Shown one piece after another: positions 30,630 through 42,600 of a stretch of DNA of 47,937 bases (positions are counted from its first letter, which is position 1; each line of letters begins with the position of its first letter). The notes beneath the pieces are model-generated. The model worked only from the letters and a program-made list of their open reading frames with translations. It was not told the DNA's origin and did no database searches. Where the stretch lies: positions 1 to 47,937 of the forward strand of contig QPMI01000016.1 in the NCBI GenBank assembly GCA_004431415.1. The letters are read 5' to 3'. Origin of the DNA: Cyanophora paradoxa CCMP329 (lineage: Eukaryota > Plantae > Glaucophyta). Made by a program: the position numbers and the translations under genes.

Positions 30630-33600
30630 TCTGTTCGGTGCGGCCCGATTAAACTAGGGGGAGCGATTGGCGAGAGACCGAAGCGCTTAGCACGAGCTAG
30701 TACGCATCTAAATGCATATCTGGTGCTCAGTCTCTCGCGGACGCGGTACAAAATTTTCCTAGATGTATGGTCATAGAAAGGCGACGAGGAAATGGCCAGT
30801 TTCGCGGCGAGCTAGCCGAGCTAGCAGTGCGCCCGGCCGGCGACTTATTGCCCAGCGTTCGAGTCCCGGAAGGGCAGTTGGGGGAGCGGGGGGCCTGGGC
30901 GGGCCTTGAGCTGCCTTGCGCTGTCGAGGGCGGAAGAGGGGGCCGGGGCGCAGCGACCGCCGAGGCCAACTTTCGCGCGCGAGGTTCTGGCGGGAGACCA
31001 AAATGTTTTTCATCTCGGCTGATCTAAAATGCACTTCCTACCTGCCCGGTCTCGCGCCAGTCACTCGCTGTGCTCCGCTTTAATTTCGGCTGGACTTGTA
31101 TGGCATCTGTTCGGTGCGGCCCGATTAAACTAGGGGGAGCGATTGGCGAGAGACCGAAGCGCTTAGCACGAGCTAGTACGCATCTAAATGCATATCTGGT
31201 GCTCAGTCTCTCGCGGACGCGGTACAAAATTTTCCTAGATGTATGGTCATAGAAAGGCGACGAGGAAATGGCCAGTTTCGCGGCGAGCTAGCCGAGCTAG
31301 CAGTGCGCCCGGCCGGCGACTTATTGCCCCAGCGTTCGAGTCCCGGGAAGGGCAGTTGGGGGGAGCGGGGGGGCCTGGGCGGGCCTTGAGCTGCCTTGCG
31401 CTGTCGAGGGCGGAAGAGGGGGCCGGGGCGCAGCGACCGCCGAGGCCAACTTTCGCGCGGCGAGGTTCTGGCGGGAGACCAAAAATGTTTTTCATCTCGG
31501 CTGATCTAAAATGCACTTCCTACCTGCCCGGTCTCGCGCCAGTCACTCGCTGTGCTCCGCTTTAATTTCGGCTGGACTTGTATGGCATCTGTTCGGTGCG
31601 GCCCGATTAAACTAGGGGAGCGATTGGCGAGAGACCGAAGCGCTTAGCACGAGCTAGTACGCATCTAAATGCATATCTGGTGCTCAGTCTCTCGCGGACG
31701 CGGTACAAAATTTTCCTAGATGTATGGTCATAGAAAGGCGACGAGGAAATGGCCAGTTTCGCGGCGAGCTAGCCGAGCTAGCAGTGCGCCCGGCCGGCGA
31801 CTTATTGCCCCAGCGTTCGAGTCCCGGGAAGGGCAGTTGGGGGGAGCGGGGGGGCCTGGGCGGGCCTTGAGCTGCCTTGCGCTGTCGAGGGCGGAAGAGG
31901 GGGCCGGGGCGCAGCGACCGCCGAGGCCAACTTTCGCGCGGCGAGGTTCTGGCGGGAGACCAAAAATGTTTTTCATCTCGGCTGATCTAAAATGCACTTC
32001 CTACCTGCCCGGTCTCGCGCCAGTCACTCGCTGTGCTCCGCTTTAATTTCGGCTGGACTTGTATGGCATCTGTTCGGTGCGGCCCGATTAAACTAGGGGG
32101 AGCGATTGGCGAGAGACCGAAGCGCTTAGCACGAGCTAGTACGCATCTAAATGCATATCTGGTGCTCAGTCTCTCGCGGACGCGGTACAAAATTTTCCTA
32201 GATGTATGGTCATAGAAAGGCGACGAGGAAATGGCCAGTTTCGCGGCGAGCTAGCCGAGCTAGCAGTGCGCCCGGCCGGCGACTTATTGCCCCAGCGTTC
32301 GAGTCCCGGGAAGGGCAGTTGGGGGGAGCGGGGGGGCCTGGGCGGGCCTTGAGCTGCCTTGCGCTGTCGAGGGCGGAAGAGGGGGCCGGGGCGCAGCGAC
32401 CGCCGAGGCCAACTTTCGCGCGGCGAGGTTCTGGCGGGAGACCAAAAATGTTTTTCATCTCGGCTGATCTAAAATGCACTTCCTACCTGCCCGGTCTCGC
32501 GCCAGTCACTCGCTGTGCTCCGCTTTAATTTCGGCTGGACTTGTATGGCATCTGTTCGGTGCGGCCCGATTAAACTAGGGGGAGCGATTGGCGAGAGACC
32601 GAAGCGCTTAGCACGAGCTAGTACGCATCTAAATGCATATCTGGTGCTCAGTCTCTCGCGGACGCGGTACAAAATTTTCCTAGATGTATGGTCATAGAAA
32701 GGCGACGAGGAAAGGCCAGTTTCGCGGCGAGCTAGCCGAGCTAGCAGTGCGCCCGGCCGGCGACTTATTGCCCCAGCGTTCGAGTCCCGGGAAGGGCAGT
32801 TGGGGGGAGCGGGGGGGCCTGGGCGGGCCTTGAGCTGCCTTGCGCTGTCGAGGGCGGAAGAGGGGGCCGGGGCGCAGCGACCGCCGAGGCCAACTTTCGC
32901 GCGCGAGGTTCTGGCGGGAGACCAAAAATGTTTTTCATCTCGGCTGATCTAAAATGCACTTCCTACCTGCCCGGTCTCGCGCCAGTCACTCGCTGTGCTC
33001 CGCTTTAATTTCGGCTGGACTTGTATGGCATCTGTTCGGTGCGGCCCGATTAAACTAGGGGGAGCGATTGGCGAGAGACCGAAGCGCTTAGCACGAGCTA
33101 GTACGCATCTAAATGCATATCTGGTGCTCAGTCTCTCGCGGACGCGGTACAAAATTTTCCTAGATGTATGGTCATAGAAAGGCGACGAGGAAAGGCCAGT
33201 TTCGCGGCGAGCTAGCCGAGCTAGCAGTGCGCCCGGCCGGCGACTTATTGCCCCAGCGTTCGAGTCCCGGGAAGGGCAGTTGGGGGAGCGGGGGGCCTGG
33301 GCGGGCCTTGAGCTGCCTTGCGCTGTCGAGGGCGGAAGAGGGGGCCGGGGCGCAGCGACCGCCGAGGCCAACTTTCGCACAGCGAGGTTCTGGCGGGAGA
33401 CCAAAAATGTTTTTCATCTCGGCTGATCTAAAATGCACTTCCTACCTGCCCGGTCTCGCGCCAGTCACTCGCTGTGCTCCGCTTTAATTTCGGCTGGACT
33501 TGTATGGCATCTGTTCGGTGCGGCCCGATTAAACTAGGGGGAGCGATTGGCGAGAGACCGAAGCGCTTAGCACGAGCTAGTACGCATCTAAATGCATATC

Positions 33601-36600
33601 TGGTGCTCAGTCTCTCGCGGACGCGGTACAAAATTTTCCTAGATGTATGGTCATAGAAAGGCGACGAGGAAAAGGCCAGTTTCGCGGCGAGCTAGCCGAG
33701 CTAGCAGTGCGCCCGGCCGGCGACTTATTGCCCAGCGTTCGAGTCCCGGGAAGGGCAGTTGGGGGAGCGGGGGGCCTGGGCGGGCCTTGAGCTGCCTTGC
33801 GCTGTCGAGGGCGGAAGAGGGGGCCGGGGCGCAGCGACCGCCGAGGCCAACTTTCGCACAGCGAGGTTCTGGCGGGAGACCAAAAATGTTTTTCATCTCG
33901 GCTGATCTAAAATGCACTTCCTACCTGCCCGGTCTCGCGCCAGTCACTCGCTGTGCTCCGCTTTAATTTCGGCTGGACTTGTATGGCATCTGTTCGGTGC
34001 GGCCCGATTAAACTAGGGGGAGCGATTGGCGAGAGACCGAAGCGCTTAGCACGAGCTAGTACGCATCTAAATGCATATCTGGTGCTCAGTCTCTCGCGGA
34101 CGCGGTACAAAATTTTCCTAGATGTATGGTCATAGAAAGGCGACGAGGAAAGGCCAGTTTCGCGGCGAGCTAGCCGAGCTAGCAGTGCGCCCGGCCGGCG
34201 ACTTATTGCCCCAGCGTTCGAGTCCCGGGAAGGGCAGTTGGGGGGAGCGGGGGGCCTGGGCGGGCCTTGAGCTGCCTTGCGCTGTCGAGGGCGGAAGAGG
34301 GGGCCGGGGCGCAGCGACCGCCGAGGCCAACTTTCGCACAGCGAGGTTCTGGCGGGAGACCAAAAATGTTTTTCATCTCGGCTGATCTAAAATGCACTTC
34401 CTACCTGCCCGGTCTCGCGCCAGTCACTCGCTGTGCTCCGCTTTAATTTCGGCTGGACTTGTATGGCATCTGTTCGGTGCGGCCCGATTAAACTAGGGGG
34501 AGCGATTGGCGAGAGACCGAAGCGCTTAGCACGAGCTAGTACGCATCTAAATGCATATCTGGTGCTCAGTCTCTCGCGGACGCGGTACAAAATTTTCCTA
34601 GATGTATGGTCATAGAAAGGCGACGAGGAAAGGCCAGTTTCGCGGCGAGCTAGCCGAGCTAGCAGTGCGCCCGGCCGGCGACTTATTGCCCCAGCGTTCG
34701 AGTCCCGGGAAGGGCAGTTGGGGGGAGCGGGGGGCCTGGGCGGGCCTTGAGCTGCCTTGCGCTGTCGAGGGCGGAAGAGGGGGCCGGGGCGCAGCGACCG
34801 CCGAGGCCAACTTTCGCACAGCGAGGTTCTGGCGGGAGACCAAAAATGTTTTTCATCTCGGCTGATCTAAAATGCACTTCCTACCTGCCCGGTCTCGCGC
34901 CAGTCACTCGCTGTGCTCCGCTTTAATTTCGGCTGGACTTGTATGGCATCTGTTCGGTGCGGCCCGATTAAACTAGGGGAGCGATTGGCGAGAGACCGAA
35001 GCGCTTAGCACGAGCTAGTACGCATCTAAATGCATATCTGGTGCTCAGTCTCTCGCGGACGCGGTACAAAATTTTCCTAGATGTATGGTCATAGAAAGGC
35101 GACGAGGAAAGGCCAGTTTCGCGGCGAGCTAGCCGAGCTAGCAGTGCGCCCGGCCGGCGACTTATTGCCCCAGCGTTCGAGTCCCGGGAAGGGCAGTTGG
35201 GGGGAGCGGGGGGCCTGGGCGGGCCTTGAGCTGCCTTGCGCTGTCGAGGGCGGAAGAGGGGGCCGGGGCGCAGCGACCGCCGAGGCCAACTTTCGCACAG
35301 CGAGGTTCTGGCGGGAGACCAAAAATGTTTTTCATCTCGGCTGATCTAAAATGCACTTCCTACCTGCCCGGTCTCGCGCCAGTCACTCGCTGTGCTCCGC
35401 TTTAATTTCGGCTGGACTTGTATGGCATCTGTTCGGTGCGGCCCGATTAAACTAGGGGGAGCGATTGGCGAGAGACCGAAGCGCTTAGCACGAGCTAGTA
35501 CGCATCTAAATGCATATCTGGTGCTCAGTCTCTCGCGGACGCGGTACAAAATTTTCCTAGATGTATGGTCATAGAAAGGCGACGAGGAAAAGGCCAGTTT
35601 CGCGGCGAGCTAGCCGAGCTAGCAGTGCGCCCGGCCGGCGACTTATTGCCCCAGCGTTCGAGTCCCGGGAAGGGCAGTTGGGGGGAGCGGGGGGGCCTGG
35701 GCGGGCCTTGAGCTGCCTTGCGCTGTCGAGGGCGGAAGAGGGGGCCGGGGCGCAGCGACCGCCGAGGCCAACTTTCGCACAGCGAGGTTCTGGCGGGAGA
35801 CCAAAAATGTTTTTCATCTCGGCTGATCTAAAATGCACTTCCTACCTGCCCGGTCTCGCGCCAGTCACTCGCTGTGCTCCGCTTTAATTTCGGCTGGACT
35901 TGTATGGCATCTGTTCGGTGCGGCCCGATTAAACTAGGGGGAGCGATTGGCGAGAGACCGAAGCGCTTAGCACGAGCTAGTACGCATCTAAATGCATATC
36001 TGGTGCTCAGTCTCTCGCGGACGCGGTACAAAATTTTCCTAGATGTATGGTCATAGAAAGGCGACGAGGAAAAGGCCAGTTTCGCGGCGAGCTAGCCGAG
36101 CTAGCAGTGCGCCCGGCCGGCGACTTATTGCCCCAGCGTTCGAGTCCCGGGAAGGGCAGTTGGGGGAGCGGGGGGGCCTGGGCGGGCCTTGAGCTGCCTT
36201 GCGCTGTCGAGGGCGGAAGAGGGGGCCGGGGCGCAGCGACCGCCGAGGCCAACTTTCGCACAGCGAGGTTCTGGCGGGAGACCAAAAATGTTTTTCATCT
36301 CGGCTGATCTAAAATGCACTTCCTACCTGCCCGGTCTCGCGCCAGTCACTCGCTGTGCTCCGCTTTAATTTCGGCTGGACTTGTATGGCATCTGTTCGGT
36401 GCGGCCCGATTAAACTAGGGGGAGCGATTGGCGAGAGACCGAAGCGCTTAGCACGAGCTAGTACGCATCTAAATGCATATCTGGTGCTCAGTCTCTCGCG
36501 GACGCGGTACAAAATTTTCCTAGATGTATGGTCATAGAAAGGCGACGAGGAAAAGGCCAGTTTCGCGGCGAGCTAGCCGAGCTAGCAGTGCGCCCGGCCG

Positions 36601-39600
36601 GCGACTTATTGCCCCAGCGTTCGAGTCCCGGGAAGGGCAGTTGGGGGGAGCGGGGGGCCTGGGCGGGCCTTGAGCTGCCTTGCGCTGTCGAGGGCGGAAG
36701 AGGGGGCCGGGGCGCAGCGACCGCCGAGGCCAACTTTCGCACAGCGAGGTTCTGGCGGGAGACCAAAAATGTTTTTCATCTCGGCTGATCTAAAATGCAC
36801 TTCCTACCTGCCCGGTCTCGCGCCAGTCACTCGCTGTGCTCCGCTTTAATTTCGGCTGGACTTGTATGGCATCTGTTCGGTGCGGCCCGATTAAACTAGG
36901 GGGAGCGATTGGCGAGAGACCGAAGCGCTTAGCACGAGCTAGTACGCATCTAAATGCATATCTGGTGCTCAGTCTCTCGCGGACGCGGTACAAAATTTTC
37001 CTAGATGTATGGTCATAGAAAGGCGACGAGGAAAAGGCCAGTTTCGCGGCGAGCTAGCCGAGCTAGCAGTGCGCCCGGCCGGCGACTTATTGCCCAGCGT
37101 TCGAGTCCCGGGAAGGGCAGTTGGGGGGAGCGGGGGGCCTGGGCGGGCCTTGAGCTGCCTTGCGCTGTCGAGGGCGGAAGAGGGGGCCGGGGCGCAGCGA
37201 CCGCCGAGGCCAACTTTCGCACAGCGAGGTTCTGGCGGGAGACCAAAAATGTTTTTCATCTCGGCTGATCTAAAATGCACTTCCTACCTGCCCGGTCTCG
37301 CGCCAGTCACTCGCTGTGCTCCGCTTTAATTTCGGCTGGACTTGTATGGCATCTGTTCGGTGCGGCCCGATTAAACTAGGGGGAGCGATTGGCGAGAGAC
37401 CGAAGCGCTTAGCACGAGCTAGTACGCATCTAAATGCATATCTGGTGCTCAGTCTCTCGCGGACGCGGTACAAAATTTTCCTAGATGTATGGTCATAGAA
37501 AGGCGACGAGGAAAAGGCCAGTTTCGCGGCGAGCTAGCCGAGCTAGCAGTGCGCCCGGCCGGCGACTTATTGCCCCAGCGTTCGAGTCCCGGGAAGGGCA
37601 GTTGGGGGGAGCGGGGGGCCTGGGCGGGCCTTGAGCTGCCTTGCGCTGTCGAGGGCGGAAGAGGGGGCCGGGGCGCAGCGACCGCCGAGGCCAACTTTCG
37701 CACAGCGAGGTTCTGGCGGGAGACCAAAAATGTTTTTCATCTCGGCTGATCTAAAATGCACTTCCTACCTGCCCGGTCTCGCGCCAGTCACTCGCTGTGC
37801 TCCGCTTTAATTTCGGCTGGACTTGTATGGCATCTGTTCGGTGCGGCCCGATTAAACTAGGGGGAGCGATTGGCGAGAGACCGAAGCGCTTAGCACGAGC
37901 TAGTACGCATCTAAATGCATATCTGGTGCTCAGTCTCTCGCGGACGCGGTACAAAATTTTCCTAGATGTATGGTCATAGAAAGGCGACGAGGAAAAGGCC
38001 AGTTTCGCGGCGAGCTAGCCGAGCTAGCAGTGCGCCCGGCCGGCGACTTATTGCCCCAGCGTTCGAGTCCCGGGAAGGGCAGTTGGGGGAGCGGGGGGGC
38101 CTGGGCGGGCCTTGAGCTGCCTTGCGCTGTCGAGGGCGGAAGAGGGGGCCGGGGCGCAGCGACCGCCGAGGCCAACTTTCGCACAGCGAGGTTCTGGCGG
38201 GAGACCAAAAATGTTTTTCATCTCGGCTGATCTAAAATGCACTTCCTACCTGCCCGGTCTCGCGCCAGTCACTCGCTGTGCTCCGCTTTAATTTCGGCTG
38301 GACTTGTATGGCATCTGTTCGGTGCGGCCCGATTAAACTAGGGGGAGCGATTGGCGAGAGACCGAAGCGCTTAGCACGAGCTAGTACGCATCTAAATGCA
38401 TATCTGGTGCTCAGTCTCTCGCGGACGCGGTACAAAATTTTCCTAGATGTATGGTCATAGAAAGGCGACGAGGAAAAGGCCAGTTTCGCGGCGAGCTAGC
38501 CGAGCTAGCAGTGCGCCCGGCCGGCGACTTATTGCCCCAGCGTTCGAGTCCCGGGAAGGGCAGTTGGGGGGAGCGGGGGGCCTGGGCGGGCCTTGAGCTG
38601 CCTTGCGCTGTCGAGGGCGGAAGAGGGGGCCGGGGCGCAGCGACCGCCGAGGCCAACTTTCGCACAGCGAGGTTCTGGCGGGAGACCAAAAATGTTTTTC
38701 ATCTCGGCTGATCTAAAATGCACTTCCTACCTGCCCGGTCTCGCGCCAGTCACTCGCTGTGCTCCGCTTTAATTTCGGCTGGACTTGTATGGCATCTGTT
38801 CGGTGCGGCCCGATTAAACTAGGGGAGCGATTGGCGAGAGACCGAAGCGCTTAGCACGAGCTAGTACGCATCTAAATGCATATCTGGTGCTCAGTCTCTC
38901 GCGGACGCGGTACAAAATTTTCCTAGATGTATGGTCATAGAAAGGCGACGAGGAAAAGGCCAGTTTCGCGGCGAGCTAGCCGAGCTAGCAGTGCGCCCGG
39001 CCGGCGACTTATTGCCCCAGCGTTCGAGTCCCGGGAAGGGCAGTTGGGGGGAGCGGGGGGGCCTGGGCGGGCCTTGAGCTGCCTTGCGCTGTCGAGGGCG
39101 GAAGAGGGGGCCGGGGCGCAGCGACCGCCGAGGCCAACTTTCGCACAGCGAGGTTCTGGCGGGAGACCAAAAATGTTTTTCATCTCGGCTGATCTAAAAT
39201 GCACTTCCTACCTGCCCGGTCTCGCGCCAGTCACTCGCTGTGCTCCGCTTTAATTTCGGCTGGACTTGTATGGCATCTGTTCGGTGCGGCCCGATTAAAC
39301 TAGGGGGAGCGATTGGCGAGAGACCGAAGCGCTTAGCACGAGCTAGTACGCATCTAAATGCATATCTGGTGCTCAGTCTCTCGCGGACGCGGTACAAAAT
39401 TTTCCTAGATGTATGGTCATAGAAAGGCGACGAGGAAAAGGCCAGTTTCGCGGCGAGCTAGCCGAGCTAGCAGTGCGCCCGGCCGGCGACTTATTGCCCC
39501 AGCGTTCGAGTCCCGGGAAGGGCAGTTGGGGGAGCGGGGGGGCCTGGGCGGGCCTTGAGCTGCCTTGCGCTGTCGAGGGCGGAAGAGGGGGCCGGGGCGC

Positions 39601-42600
39601 AGCGACCGCCGAGGCCAACTTTCGCACAGCGAGGTTCTGGCGGGAGACCAAAAATGTTTTTCATCTCGGCTGATCTAAAATGCACTTCCTACCTGCCCGG
39701 TCTCGCGCCAGTCACTCGCTGTGCTCCGCTTTAATTTCGGCTGGACTTGTATGGCATCTGTTCGGTGCGGCCCGATTAAACTAGGGGGAGCGATTGGCGA
39801 GAGACCGAAGCGCTTAGCACGAGCTAGTACGCATCTAAATGCATATCTGGTGCTCAGTCTCTCGCGGACGCGGTACAAAATTTTCCTAGATGTATGGTCA
39901 TAGAAAGGCGACGAGGAAAAGGCCAGTTTCGCGGCGAGCTAGCCGAGCTAGCAGTGCGCCCGGCCGGCGACTTATTGCCCCAGCGTTCGAGTCCCGGGAA
40001 GGGCAGTTGGGGGGAGCGGGGGGGCCTGGGCGGGCCTTGAGCTGCCTTGCGCTGTCGAGGGCGGAAGAGGGGGCCGGGGCGCAGCGACCGCCGAGGCCAA
40101 CTTTCGCACAGCGAGGTTCTGGCGGGAGACCAAAAATGTTTTTCATCTCGGCTGATCTAAAATGCACTTCCTACCTGCCCGGTCTCGCGCCAGTCACTCG
40201 CTGTGCTCCGCTTTAATTTCGGCTGGACTTGTATGGCATCTGTTCGGTGCGGCCCGATTAAACTAGGGGGAGCGATTGGCGAGAGACCGAAGCGCTTAGC
40301 ACGAGCTAGTACGCATCTAAATGCATATCTGGTGCTCAGTCTCTCGCGGACGCGGTACAAAATTTTCCTAGATGTATGGTCATAGAAAGGCGACGAGGAA
40401 AAGGCCAGTTTCGCGGCGAGCTAGCCGAGCTAGCAGTGCGCCCGGCCGGCGACTTATTGCCCCAGCGTTCGAGTCCCGGGAAGGGCAGTTGGGGGGAGCG
40501 GGGGGCCTGGGCGGGCCTTGAGCTGCCTTGCGCTGTCGAGGGCGGAAGAGGGGGCCGGGGCGCAGCGACCGCCGAGGCCAACTTTCGCACAGCGAGGTTC
40601 TGGCGGGAGACCAAAAATGTTTTTCATCTCGGCTGATCTAAAATGCACTTCCTACCTGCCCGGTCTCGCGCCAGTCACTCGCTGTGCTCCGCTTTAATTT
40701 CGGCTGGACTTGTATGGCATCTGTTCGGTGCGGCCCGATTAAACTAGGGGGAGCGATTGGCGAGAGACCGAAGCGCTTAGCACGAGCTAGTACGCATCTA
40801 AATGCATATCTGGTGCTCAGTCTCTCGCGGACGCGGTACAAAATTTTCCTAGATGTATGGTCATAGAAAGGCGACGAGGAAAAGGCCAGTTTCGCGGCGA
40901 GCTAGCCGAGCTAGCAGTGCGCCCGGCCGGCGACTTATTGCCCCAGCGTTCGAGTCCCGGGAAGGGCAGTTGGGGGAGCGGGGGGCCTGGGCGGGCCTTG
41001 AGCTGCCTTGCGCTGTCGAGGGCGGAAGAGGGGGCCGGGGCGCAGCGACCGCCGAGGCCAACTTTCGCACAGCGAGGTTCTGGCGGGAGACCAAAAATGT
41101 TTTTCATCTCGGCTGATCTAAAATGCACTTCCTACCTGCCCGGTCTCGCGCCAGTCACTCGCTGTGCTCCGCTTTAATTTCGGCTGGACTTGTATGGCAT
41201 CTGTTCGGTGCGGCCCGATTAAACTAGGGGGAGCGATTGGCGAGAGACCGAAGCGCTTAGCACGAGCTAGTACGCATCTAAATGCATATCTGGTGCTCAG
41301 TCTCTCGCGGACGCGGTACAAAATTTTCCTAGATGTATGGTCATAGAAAGGCGACGAGGAAAAGGCCAGTTTCGCGGCGAGCTAGCCGAGCTAGCAGTGC
41401 GCCCGGCCGGCGACTTATTGCCCCAGCGTTCGAGTCCCGGGAAGGGCAGTTGGGGGAGCGGGGGGGCCTGGGCGGGCCTTGAGCTGCCTTGCGCTGTCGA
41501 GGGCGGAAGAGGGGGCCGGGGCGCAGCGACCGCCGAGGCCAACTTTCGCACAGCGAGGTTCTGGCGGGAGACCAAAAATGTTTTTCATCTCGGCTGATCT
41601 AAAATGCACTTCCTACCTGCCCGGTCTCGCGCCAGTCACTCGCTGTGCTCCGCTTTAATTTCGGCTGGACTTGTATGGCATCTGTTCGGTGCGGCCCGAT
41701 TAAACTAGGGGGAGCGATTGGCGAGAGACCGAAGCGCTTAGCACGAGCTAGTACGCATCTAAATGCATATCTGGTGCTCAGTCTCTCGCGGACGCGGTAC
41801 AAAATTTTCCTAGATGTATGGTCATAGAAAGGCGACGAGGAAAAGGCCAGTTTCGCGGCGAGCTAGCCGAGCTAGCAGTGCGCCCGGCCGGCGACTTATT
41901 GCCCCAGCGTTCGAGTCCCGGGAAGGGCAGTTGGGGGAGCGGGGGGGCCTGGGCGGGCCTTGAGCTGCCTTGCGCTGTCGAGGGCGGAAGAGGGGCCGGG
42001 GCGCAGCGACCGCCGAGGCCAACTTTCGCACAGCGAGGTTCTGGCGGGAGACCAAAAATGTTTTTCATCTCGGCTGATCTAAAATGCACTTCCTACCTGC
42101 CCGGTCTCGCGCCAGTCACTCGCTGTGCTCCGCTTTAATTTCGGCTGGACTTGTATGGCATCTGTTCGGTGCGGCCCGATTAAACTAGGGGGAGCGATTG
42201 GCGAGAGACCGAAGCGCTTAGCACGAGCTAGTACGCATCTAAATGCATATCTGGTGCTCAGTCTCTCGCGGACGCGGTACAAAATTTTCCTAGATGTATG
42301 GTCATAGAAAGGCGACGAGGAAAAGGCCAGTTTCGCGGCGAGCTAGCCGAGCTAGCAGTGCGCCCGGCCGGCGACTTATTGCCCCAGCGTTCGAGTCCCG
42401 GGAAGGGCAGTTGGGGGAGCGGGGGGGCCTGGGCGGGCCTTGAGCTGCCTTGCGCTGTCGAGGGCGGAAGAGGGGGCCGGGGCGCAGCGACCGCCGAGGC
42501 CAACTTTCGCACAGCGAGGTTCTGGCGGGAGACCAAAAATGTTTTTCATCTCGGCTGATCTAAAATGCACTTCCTACCTGCCCGGTCTCGCGCCAGTCAC

